A model generated the notes under the pieces. That model was not told where the DNA came from. It was given only the letters and a program-made list of their open reading frames with translations, and made no database searches. The translations under genes were made by a program, and so were the position numbers. Below are positions 9,377-17,810 of a stretch of 32,000 nt of DNA, in pieces (positions within the stretch are counted from its first letter, which is position 1; each line of letters begins with the position of its first letter). The DNA comes from Candidatus Heimdallarchaeota archaeon (GTDB lineage: Archaea > Asgardarchaeota > Heimdallarchaeia > JABLTI01): NCBI GenBank assembly GCA_030614005.1, contig JAUWKS010000005.1, forward strand, positions 60,001-92,000. Direction: 5' to 3'.

Positions 9377-10003
9377 ATGACCACTGATGACAAATTGAAA
9401 AAAGCGGCAGCGTTAAACGAAAAGAGTTTGAAATCATTAACTAATGGTAAAATAGATGAGGCAATTGATTTTTTGGAAGAAGCGATTAAATTAGATCCCA
9501 CATTGGATCTTGCTTATGGAAATCTGGCAATTTGTTTTGCAAAACTAAGAAAATATGAAGAGGCATTGACTTCTTATAAAAAAGCACTTGATATTAATTC
9601 ATCACGAATCGCTTTTCATACAGGTATAGCAGCGATTTATCTTGATACAAAACAATACGATAATGCTCAAAAACATCTAGAAATCGCGAAAAAGATTGCT
9701 CCAAAAAATCTAGCATATTTGCTAAACTATGGTCTCTGGTTATTTGTAACAAATAGATATCAAGAGACGATAGACTTTCATGAAGAATTTCTTAATTCCG
9801 GATTATTACCTGAAACTGATTTACGTAATAAAGCCATTGTTAATTATCGACTGGCTTTTTCCTATATCGAAGTAAATAATGTTGGACGTGGTCTTGACAT
9901 TGTTGAAGAATGTTTAAACACTCCTTTCATTGCAAATGATTTTCAGTTATCTCTTGTTTTTCGACAAGTGAAAAATAAAGCTAAATATAAAATAGGTGGG
10001 TAA
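9377..10003 (+). CDS. Tetratricopeptide repeat protein
   Basis: About four 34-aa TPR units (EAIDFLEEAIKLDP, AYGNLAICFAKLRKYEEALTSYKKALDIN, NAQKHLEIAKKIAP); GGTGAG motif upstream of ATG. Confidence 0.9.
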   Translation: MTTDDKLKKAAALNEKSLKSLTNGKIDEAIDFLEEAIKLDPTLDLAYGNLAICFAKLRKYEEALTSYKKALDINSSRIAFHTGIAAIYLDTKQYDNAQKHLEIAKKIAPKNLAYLLNYGLWLFVTNRYQETIDFHEEFLNSGLLPETDLRNKAIVNYRLAFSYIEVNNVGRGLDIVEECLNTPFIANDFQLSLVFRQVKNKAKYKIGG

Positions 10004-10054
10004 AAGATTAGACTAGGTAGTACTCATTTACCTACGAAGATTATGATGTTTCTA

Positions 10055-10270
10055 CTACAAGGCAATTGTTTGCGATTTCTCTGGTTCAACAAATTCTGAC
10101 TTTACTACCAATTGTTTTCTTGCACCTGCAGCTTGTATTGCTATATTTACAGCGTTCAAAAGAATGACAATTTTTTGCCCAATTATTAAACCTATTACAC
10201 ACAGTATGATTGCTAACCACCAGCTAACTTGAATACCTCCATAAATCAAGCCTATAGCTAAACCACTACT
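10055..10270 (-). pseudogene. Possible 3' remnant of a membrane-protein gene (track ORF 10055-10249)
   Basis: The frame reads SSGLAIGLIYGGIQVSWWLAIILCVIGLIIG...SQTIAL and is bounded upstream by TGA at 10271-10273 with only a TTG start. A hydrophobic stretch LLTIIGILTEV continues upstream in a shifted frame. No family recognised. Confidence 0.3.
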
Positions 10271-10352
10271 TCAGTAAGTATTCCAATTATTGTTAATAAA
10301 TATTATAGAAAATAAAAGGAGAAAAATGATAAAAAAGCCATTTTTCTAGATA

Positions 10353-11051
10353 TTACATATCATCAGTATCAATGAAGAAGATTGCAATACAATCAACAAT
10401 GAGGATCAATTTCTGTGATGTTTGAGCTAGAATTTGTAATACTGGACTGCTAGTAATTACTTTCATTGAATAGAAAATCGCGAAGATAAGTAATGCAATG
10501 AATACAATTATTGTAATTGCTAAATCTCGATGGAACGCAGGTGTTTTTTCGGGTTTTAGAGGACGGTGTTTTCTTGTAAATCTAATCATTTGTAATATGA
10601 AGTTGAGAATACCAAAACTAGCAATAAACAGTGCTGCACCTATCCCATGAAGAATACCCCAAGTTGGTAGACCTGCAGGTATAGCTGTTAAAACTGCTCC
10701 AACTGCCATAATAAGGCCAAATATACCTTTCAAAACATTGTTTTCGAGTTCATTCTTCATAAAATAAATAATTGCTATCGCAAGAAAAATTGCTCCACAA
10801 ATACAAAAACCAGCACTAAAAATGATCATTGATGTTAAATTAGGTAGAGAGCTAGCACTAAGATATTTTCCTAGTTGGCTAACATATTCTTGAAAGAATA
10901 GATATTTTTCTGGATAGAAAATCCAAGCAAAAACAATAGTGAATACTAGAATCGGTGCAATAGTAACAATCAATCCTTGGAGAAATCTCTGGATTTTATA
11001 ATTTGGTCCTTTATCTTCGACATTTTGATTTGGAATAGTAACTGATTGCAT
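10353..11051 (-). CDS. DUF998-like (Frag1/DRAM/Sfk1 superfamily) membrane protein, tandem copy A
   Basis: About six TM segments with YVSQLG, TAIPA, LHGIGAALF and SQKL motifs, matching my recollection of the ISxLG / P / H pattern of DUF998. Confidence 0.7.
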   Translation of the reverse strand: MQSVTIPNQNVEDKGPNYKIQRFLQGLIVTIAPILVFTIVFAWIFYPEKYLFFQEYVSQLGKYLSASSLPNLTSMIIFSAGFCICGAIFLAIAIIYFMKNELENNVLKGIFGLIMAVGAVLTAIPAGLPTWGILHGIGAALFIASFGILNFILQMIRFTRKHRPLKPEKTPAFHRDLAITIIVFIALLIFAIFYSMKVITSSPVLQILAQTSQKLILIVDCIAIFFIDTDDM

Positions 11052-11072
11052 AATATTTACTAATCATTCAGA

Positions 11073-11087
11073 ATTTAAATAGATATA
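11073..11087 (-). promoter_or_regulatory. TATA-box promoter of copy A
   Basis: TATATCTATTTAAAT on the minus strand ends exactly 21 nt before ATG 11051; a near-identical element precedes copy B. Confidence 0.65.
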
Positions 11088-11212
11088 GTTTAACGAAGGT
11101 AAATTTAGCTGCTGCTAGTTTTTTTTAATTATAATTGATGGTAGCAACAAGGTATCTTCTAATTAGGGAAATCAAAAGCGAAAAATAAGAAAAAAAACCA
11201 TTTTTCAATAAA

Positions 11213-11905
11213 CTACATATCTTCGATATCAATAAAAAAGATAGCAATGCAATTGACTATTAGAATTAATTTCTGTGATATTTGCGCTAGTAAAATCAAT
11301 GTATCATTACTACTAATTATTATCAAAAGGTAGAAAAACGTGAAGAGAGACGCTACAAAGAATACAATTATTGTCATTGTAAGATCCCAATAAAAAGCAG
11401 GTGTTTTTTCTGGTTTTTTTAGACGGTGTTTTCTTGTGAACCTCAGCATTTGTAAAAAGAAGTTGAGAAAACCAAAACCAGCAATAAACAATGTAGCACC
11501 TATTCCATGAAGAAGTCTTAAGGTAGTATGATCCGCAGGTATAGCTGTTAATGCTCCTCCAACAGCCATAATAAGACTAACTATACCTTTCGAAACATTA
11601 TGTTTGAGCTCTTTCATGACAAAATAGATAATTGCAATAACAAGGAAAATTGTACTACAGATAGAAAAGCCAATGCCAAAAATAATTGATGATGTTAAAT
11701 TTGAAAGATAGTTAGCACTAAAATATTTCCCAAGCTGGCTTACATATTCTTGAAAGAAGAAGTATTTTTCAGGAAAGAATATCCAAGAAAAAACAATAGT
11801 AAAAAATAGAATTGGTGCAATAGATATAATTAATCTGTGAAGTAATTTTTGGGTTTTGAGATTAGTATTTTCTTTTTCGTTGAGAGGTGGATTAATTGAT
11901 TGCAT
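11213..11905 (-). CDS. DUF998-like membrane protein, tandem copy B
   Basis: About two-thirds identical to 10353-11051 by manual alignment; shares FFQEYVSQLGKY, RFTRKHR, KPEKTPAF and SQKLILIV. Confidence 0.7.
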   Translation of the reverse strand: MQSINPPLNEKENTNLKTQKLLHRLIISIAPILFFTIVFSWIFFPEKYFFFQEYVSQLGKYFSANYLSNLTSSIIFGIGFSICSTIFLVIAIIYFVMKELKHNVSKGIVSLIMAVGGALTAIPADHTTLRLLHGIGATLFIAGFGFLNFFLQMLRFTRKHRLKKPEKTPAFYWDLTMTIIVFFVASLFTFFYLLIIISSNDTLILLAQISQKLILIVNCIAIFFIDIEDM

Positions 11906-11926
11906 GTGATATGGTAATTATTTGTG

Positions 11927-11941
11927 ATTTATATAGATATA
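11927..11941 (-). promoter_or_regulatory. TATA-box promoter of copy B
   Basis: TATATCTATATAAAT on the minus strand ends exactly 21 nt before ATG 11905; 14 of 15 bases match the copy A element. Confidence 0.65.
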
Positions 11942-12151
11942 TCCTAGCATTGCACATAATAATGAAGCACTTTCGATGGTACTTTTTGTTTCAAAAAACA
12001 TTGAATAGCAAAGTACACAACTGTTAACCAAAATATTTTTGATTTTGTTTTAATAAAAATTTTATGCGGTTTTAGTCGAAAAAAAAGGCTTTGTAGATAA
12101 ATAGTCTGAGAGGTCATCCTATCTTCTACTATTTACCATTTTAATTAGTTT

Positions 12152-12487
12152 TCATCCTTGATATTGATCAAAGCTACTTTCTATTGGAACAGATGATTTT
12201 TCTCTTCCTCTCCTCACAAATTCCCGAATAATATTAATAGATGTAATTAAGGCGAATATTTCAAATACAATAAACGCTAATGAAAGCACTATTGCAGCAA
12301 TTATCTGAAAAGTATCCCAAGTGTAAAAAAGATCAGGTGAGAATGTGCCACCTTTAAAGAAACCTGGAATTATTAAATATTGTACTAAAGCTATTGGTAA
12401 GCTTATTCCAAATAATAAAGCTCCAATTAGTACTGATACTAGGTGGAATATTGACTTGTATTGATGTCGTGTATCCATGTATATCAA
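12152..12487 (-). CDS. Small two-TM hypothetical membrane protein
   Basis: 111-aa ORF with two hydrophobic segments and a basic post-TM patch (REFVRRGREK), 42 bp downstream of the nitroreductase on the same strand. Confidence 0.6.
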   Translation of the reverse strand: MIYMDTRHQYKSIFHLVSVLIGALLFGISLPIALVQYLIIPGFFKGGTFSPDLFYTWDTFQIIAAIVLSLAFIVFEIFALITSINIIREFVRRGREKSSVPIESSFDQYQG

Positions 12488-12529
12488 CTCTTTCTGTTAT
12501 GAAATATCCTAATTTATTAATGTTTATTG

Positions 12530-13036
12530 TTAGTACATATCCCAATGAACTAGTTCATCAAGTTCTTTTCTAGATGATTCTCGTTCTTGATCTGGATAAC
12601 CCAATGCCACTAAAGCCATTATGTTCAGATTATCAGGTACATTGAGTAATTTCTTTAGTTCTGATTCAAAAGATGTTCCAATTACTCCCGCCCAACAGGT
12701 ACCTAAACCCTCAGCATGAGCTTGAATCATAAAGTGAAGAATTGTAAGCCCCGTATCTGACATATGATATTTGGAGTGAATTTCAGGATTTGTTAAAGGG
12801 ATGAAAACTACTGGGCTTTCAGCAACGAATTTTGCATACGGATGAATTTCAGCAAATTTCTTTCTCATAACTTCATCTTTAACAATTAAGAATTCCCAAG
12901 GTTGTTTATTAGATGCTGAAGGAGCCCATCTAGCTGCTTCAAGACATTTGTTCAACTTTTCTTCTTCTACTGGTTTTGATTTGTATTTTCTTATACTTCT
13001 CCTTGATTTCAATAATTCTAATGTATCCATCTTCAT
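12530..13036 (-). CDS. Nitroreductase family flavoprotein
   Basis: RRSIRKY, ARWAPSASNKQPWEF, GLGTCW and ALGYP motifs. Confidence 0.95.
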   Translation of the reverse strand: MKMDTLELLKSRRSIRKYKSKPVEEEKLNKCLEAARWAPSASNKQPWEFLIVKDEVMRKKFAEIHPYAKFVAESPVVFIPLTNPEIHSKYHMSDTGLTILHFMIQAHAEGLGTCWAGVIGTSFESELKKLLNVPDNLNIMALVALGYPDQERESSRKELDELVHWDMY

Positions 13037-13115
13037 TCACCATTCTTTCTTATGTATCACTAATTGTTTAATAGTTATTAGTTTCCTTTTCAGTTTCAAT
13101 ACCGTCATATATCAG

Positions 13116-13383
13116 TCAATTTCTTAAGAATACCATTAAAGCAAATACAAAATAGTATATCTGATATGAACTTACCATAAATCTTTCAATTAATCCCATA
13201 AAACTACTTGTGACAAAGATTCCAGAAATTATCACTTAAATTAAAGACACACAAGCAGCGACTAATGAAAATATTGCGAAACCAGTCCAACCTTCAGTCA
13301 CTCTTAATCGAACGAACACAAATACCATTGCTGTAATTTGGCGCCAACATTCCACAAATAGCTAGAATATGAAATTTATTCAT
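13116..13383 (-). pseudogene. Degraded 3' half of a DUF998-family gene
   Basis: Manual translation: MNKFHILAICGMLA [frameshift ~13341] QITAMVFVFVRLRVTEGWTGFAIFSLVAACVSLI [in-frame TAA 13236-13238] VIISGIFVTSSFMGLIERFMVSSYQIYYFVFALMVFLRN-stop. The H...W.GF..FSL...GLIER pattern resembles DUF998 C-termini. Absent from the ORF track. Confidence 0.6.
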
Positions 13384-13486
13384 AGAAATCACAATCAGAT
13401 AGTTATAATTCTAAAATATTATTTTAAACAATTGTGTATCAATTACAAAAAAATTTCTTGTTAGAAATTAAAAATTACCAAAGTTT

Positions 13487-14452
13487 TTATTCGAGAGCAT
13501 CTTTGATTATTTCTTGGAATAGCAGTTCATCAATATTTCCACCTGACATCACTGCTACTACTACTCTATCTCTAAAAAGTGATTTGTTTTCCAATATTGG
13601 AGCTACGGCTGCAGCTGCAGCACCTTCAACTCTAATATTCTCTCTATGCCAAATAAGAGCAAGTGCTTTACGAATGGATTCTTCTTCTACTAGAACAACT
13701 TCATCTACATATTGCTTAATAATATCGAAGGTTATTGATCCAAGCTCAATGCCACCAAACATACCATCTGTAATCGAATCCTTCATTTCAACATCAATTA
13801 TTTTACCTGCTTTTAGAGATTCATAAAATGCTGGACACGCAGAAGTTTGAACGCCAACAATATTGATATCAGGTCTTTTTGATTTAATTGCAATTAAAAT
13901 ACCTGATAATAACCCTCCACCTCCCAAAGGAACCAGAACATCGGTTATTGATGGTTGTTGTTCTAATAGTTCCAAACCAATTGTTCCTTGACCTGCCACA
14001 ACTAACTCATCATTATATCCTGAAACAAAGGTGAGAGATTCTTCTTTAGCTAATTTTCTGGCATAAACTTCAGCTTCGTCATAGTTGTTGCCTTCAAGAA
14101 CCAATTCAACTTTGTATTTTCTAATCTTGTCAATTTTGTTTTGTGGAGTGCTTTTTGGGATGACAATTTTTGCAGAAATCTCTAGCTGTTCTGTAACAAC
14201 ACCAACAGCTTGAGCGTGATTCCCAGAAGAAACTGCCAATACTCCCTTCTTTTTTTCCTCTATTGAGAGATTCAACATTTTATTCAAAGCACCTCGTATT
14301 TTGAAAGAATTAGTTATTTGTTGGTTCTCTAATTTGAGAAATATTTGTCCGCTGCAGTAACTGCTAAGGTATTCAGAGAAATGTAAAGGAGTTTCATTGA
14401 TGAAAGGTTGAATTATTTCCCGTGCTTTCTCTATTGCTTGAATATTGACCAT
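13487..14452 (-). CDS. PLP fold-type II threonine/serine dehydratase (catalytic domain only; EutB/IlvA-like)
   Basis: LKLENQQITNSFKIRGA with the PLP lysine, SSGNHAQAV, phosphate loop VPLGGGGL and SGGN; no ACT domain. Confidence 0.93.
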   Translation of the reverse strand: MVNIQAIEKAREIIQPFINETPLHFSEYLSSYCSGQIFLKLENQQITNSFKIRGALNKMLNLSIEEKKKGVLAVSSGNHAQAVGVVTEQLEISAKIVIPKSTPQNKIDKIRKYKVELVLEGNNYDEAEVYARKLAKEESLTFVSGYNDELVVAGQGTIGLELLEQQPSITDVLVPLGGGGLLSGILIAIKSKRPDINIVGVQTSACPAFYESLKAGKIIDVEMKDSITDGMFGGIELGSITFDIIKQYVDEVVLVEEESIRKALALIWHRENIRVEGAAAAAVAPILENKSLFRDRVVVAVMSGGNIDELLFQEIIKDALE

Positions 14453-14596
14453 AAATTAGTAGTAGTCTATAACAATTTATTAATTTTGTAAACTCTTTAG
14501 TATCAAAAATGGAATACAGAATATTAATTAGAACTGAGATTACTTTTGATATCAAGATTAGCTGAATATTAATTTTGATAACTGGTGTTTGAATTG

Positions 14597-15541
14597 ATGA
14601 AAATTGTCACTCTAAAAGAAATAAAGGAAATTTTAGGAAAAATAGATTCGATTAAAGAGATAGAGAAAGGTTTTGTAGAATATTCAAACGGGAATGTTGT
14701 TGTTCCTCCAGTTGGAGAAATGATATTCAAAGATCCACCAGGTGACGTTCACATAAAGTATGGATATATCAAAGAGGATAGATTTTTCGTTGTAAAAATC
14801 GCTTCTGGTTTTTACGAAAATATAAATTTTGGTCTACCAAATAATTCAGGTTTAATGTTATTATTCACTCAAAAAACCGGGGAGTTACTCTGTATCCTCC
14901 TAGATGAAGGTCATTTAACGAATATTCGCACTGCTGCAGCAGGAGCTGTCGTAGCATGTTATCTTGCACCGAAGAAGGTAAATCGTATAGGTATTTTTGG
15001 TACAGGTGTCCAAGGAAAGCTTCAGCTCGAATACCTAAAATCTTTTGTCAAATGCAATGAAGTCATTGTTTGGGGTCGAAGTCAACAGAGATTAGATTTA
15101 TACAAAGAGGAAATGAAAACTTTTGATTTCAATATTGAAACAACACTCAATGCTGAAGATGTAACCTCTACTTGTAATTTCATTGTTACTTGTACTCCAT
15201 CAACATCTCCACTAATTAATTCAGACCAAGTGATGAAAGGAACACACATTACAGCAGTTGGATCTGACACGCCGGAAAAACAAGAATTAGATGCAAAAAT
15301 ATTACAAAAAGCTGATCGTGTAGTAGTTGATAGCATTAGCCAAGTTTTATCTCGAGGGGAGAGTTTTCATGCTCTTGAAATGGGCTTGATCACTGAAGAG
15401 GATTTAATTGAACTAGGAAATGTAATACAAAATAAAAAATTGCAAAGAGCATCAGATGATGAAATAACAGTAGCAGATCTAACTGGAGTAGCAGTTCAAG
15501 ATTTACAAATAGCCAAAGCAGTTTGGGGAAAAATTTGTTAA
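14597..15541 (+). CDS. Ornithine cyclodeaminase/mu-crystallin family imine reductase, EutC-like subfamily
   Basis: GDVHIK...KIASGFYEN..GLP, LLDEGHLTNIRTAAAGA, Rossmann GTGVQG and DLTGVAVQD. The track start 14585 (GTG) is probably the GGTG ribosome-binding motif for the in-frame ATG 14597. Confidence 0.9.
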   Translation: MKIVTLKEIKEILGKIDSIKEIEKGFVEYSNGNVVVPPVGEMIFKDPPGDVHIKYGYIKEDRFFVVKIASGFYENINFGLPNNSGLMLLFTQKTGELLCILLDEGHLTNIRTAAAGAVVACYLAPKKVNRIGIFGTGVQGKLQLEYLKSFVKCNEVIVWGRSQQRLDLYKEEMKTFDFNIETTLNAEDVTSTCNFIVTCTPSTSPLINSDQVMKGTHITAVGSDTPEKQELDAKILQKADRVVVDSISQVLSRGESFHALEMGLITEEDLIELGNVIQNKKLQRASDDEITVADLTGVAVQDLQIAKAVWGKIC

Positions 15542-15590
15542 AATAATTAAGTGGAGAAATATACTAATAATAACAGATAGAAATCAATCA

Positions 15591-16724
15591 ATGGAGAAGC
15601 AGAAAATGAAAGTTGACGATTTTTTGGTAGAATTATTTATGGATAAATATGAAATGAATGTTGAGATAAACATTGCAGAAACCTGTGTTGATCCTTTTAC
15701 ACTAGGTGAGTTTCTTAAATTAGTGGAGTATGAAGATTTCTTTGAGGATTTTAAAAGTAAAAAATTAACATATGGACATATTACCGGTTCACCAGAATTA
15801 AGACAAGGTATTGCAAATTTGTATGATACGATGAGTGCAAAGAACATACTCTTGAGTGGTGGTGCTATTGGAGCAAATTTTCTTTCATTCTACAGCTTAA
15901 TTGATTCTGGAGATACCGTTGTTTCTATTTTTCCAGCCTATCAGCAATTGTATAGTGTTGCAAAATCTTTCGGGGCTAATGTTAAATTATGGAAGCTGAA
16001 ATGGGAAGAAAAGTGGCAACCAAATATAGACGATTTAGCATCTCTTGTTGATAAGAAAACAAAAATGATAGTTATAAATAATCCACATAACCCCACAGGT
16101 TGTTTAATTAGCAACAAACAACTCAAACAAATATGTGAAATAGCAGAAGACTGTGATGCTTACGTTCACTATGACGAAGCCTACAAAGGCCTCTATCTGA
16201 ATGATAATGACAAGATTACTTCAGCAGTAGATATTTATGATAAAGCGATTTCTACAGGATCTTTTTCAAAAGGTCTATCTCTAACAGGATTGCGATTGGG
16301 ATGGATTGCAGCAAGTGAAGAGATTACAGAAAGATTTGCCGGATATAGGCAATATACAACAATTAGCAATGGAATGTTAGACGATGCACTAGGAGCATTA
16401 GCAATGAAACATGTGGATCGAATTTATGAAAGAAACATTGGTATAATAAAAACGAATTTCAAAATACTTGCTGAATTCATTGAAAAAGAACCACTACTAG
16501 ATTGGATCCCACCAAGAGCAGGAAGTGTAGGATTCTTAAAACTTAATTTAGATATGCCAACTGAAGATTTTTGTGTACAGCTTATCAATCAGAAAAGTAC
16601 TTTTCTAGTTCCTAGCACTTGTTTTGAAATGGAGGGCTTTCTACGAATAGGATTTGGAAACAACACTGAAGTGTTAAAGGCAGGGTTAATCCGGTTAAAA
16701 GAATTCCTAGATACTATGAGGTAA
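15591..16724 (+). CDS. Class I/II PLP-dependent aminotransferase
   Basis: NNPHNPTG, DEAY and the PLP lysine in GSFSKGLSLTGLRLGW, with the conserved Arg in FLRIGFG. Confidence 0.93.
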   Translation: MEKQKMKVDDFLVELFMDKYEMNVEINIAETCVDPFTLGEFLKLVEYEDFFEDFKSKKLTYGHITGSPELRQGIANLYDTMSAKNILLSGGAIGANFLSFYSLIDSGDTVVSIFPAYQQLYSVAKSFGANVKLWKLKWEEKWQPNIDDLASLVDKKTKMIVINNPHNPTGCLISNKQLKQICEIAEDCDAYVHYDEAYKGLYLNDNDKITSAVDIYDKAISTGSFSKGLSLTGLRLGWIAASEEITERFAGYRQYTTISNGMLDDALGALAMKHVDRIYERNIGIIKTNFKILAEFIEKEPLLDWIPPRAGSVGFLKLNLDMPTEDFCVQLINQKSTFLVPSTCFEMEGFLRIGFGNNTEVLKAGLIRLKEFLDTMR

Positions 16725-16730
16725 GTGTAA

Positions 16731-17597
16731 ATGGAAGAACAAGAACTAAATCAACTATTTCCTACTATTTCTTCTCGAGAGAAATTCTATATAGAAATGG
16801 TTGATGGTGCAAAAGTAATGGTGTACAAATTTCTACCAAATGAAGAAAAAGAATCAGAACTAAAAGCTCCTATATTATTTGTTCCAGGGTTCACATCATA
16901 TTTCAGTCAATGGTGTACAATCATAAACTACTTGGTAGAGCAAAGACACACTGTGTATGTTTTTGAAAGTAGAGAGAAAAAGACTTCTACTTCAAAAGTA
17001 TCTGCCCCTCGCTCTGATACTGATGGACTAATTGCCGATTTAAATGATGTAGTAGCATTTCTTAAACTTCCACAACCATTTTTTATGATTGGAAATTCAC
17101 TCGGATCAACAATGATTCTAAAACACGTTATTGATAATGAAACAAATAGTGCACAACTACCAGATAAAATTGCATTGCTTCAAGCAGTGTACACCTCATC
17201 ACCTCTTCAACGGTTTATAGATTTAGCAGAAAGAAAAATACTATTCCATATTGTAATGAGGTTTATGCTAACATTTTCACCAATTATTTTCTGGAAAAGC
17301 AGAAGAAAGACACCAAACTCATATCGAAATTCTATAAATAATTTAAGAAATACTGAACTAGAAAAAATGAGAATTGGTTTTATCTGTTCTGTTACTTTAA
17401 GAATACTTGATGATTTGCCTAAAGTAAAAGTTCCTACATTAGCAATTGGTATTGGAAATGATGCCACACATCCTAAAGAACAAGCAATACTAATTTCTGA
17501 ACAAGTAAAGAATGGTTTCTATCATGAAATCCCGGATAAAGAGACTATAGATTCTGAAATAACTGCGAAGATCATCACTGATTTCCTCGAAAAATGA
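16731..17597 (+). CDS. Alpha/beta-hydrolase fold protein
   Basis: Oxyanion loop FVPGF, nucleophile elbow GNSLG and an acid candidate in GIGND; 6 bp after the aminotransferase stop, consistent with an operon. Confidence 0.85.
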   Translation: MEEQELNQLFPTISSREKFYIEMVDGAKVMVYKFLPNEEKESELKAPILFVPGFTSYFSQWCTIINYLVEQRHTVYVFESREKKTSTSKVSAPRSDTDGLIADLNDVVAFLKLPQPFFMIGNSLGSTMILKHVIDNETNSAQLPDKIALLQAVYTSSPLQRFIDLAERKILFHIVMRFMLTFSPIIFWKSRRKTPNSYRNSINNLRNTELEKMRIGFICSVTLRILDDLPKVKVPTLAIGIGNDATHPKEQAILISEQVKNGFYHEIPDKETIDSEITAKIITDFLEK

Positions 17598-17810
17598 TTA
17601 ATGCTATTCATAGTAAAAAACTAATCTCTCTATTTCGGAATTTTTTTGCAAGAGTTTTAATCCTTTCTCTGTTCTTTTTTTTGTAATTAACATTTTTTTT
17701 TACGTATATTAGTTGTATTCTTAAAATAACTGAAAAAAATCTTGCAATTAATTCAGAATTTGAATAAATAAATCTTCCGTGTTATTACTAAAAGAATAAG
17801 AAATCTTTAT

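Noticed and set aside
13236-13238. In-frame TAA (and TGA at 10271-10273) as stop-codon recoding or selenocysteine
   Set aside because: Intact genes in the window end normally at TAA, TAG and TGA, and both cases sit in fragments that also have frameshifts and missing 5' ends.
14519-14574. Direct repeat GAATATTAATT at 14519-14529 and 14564-14574 in the dehydratase/cyclodeaminase divergent spacer as an operator
   Set aside because: It is almost pure A/T in very AT-rich DNA, so chance recurrence is plausible, and no cognate regulator is adjacent.
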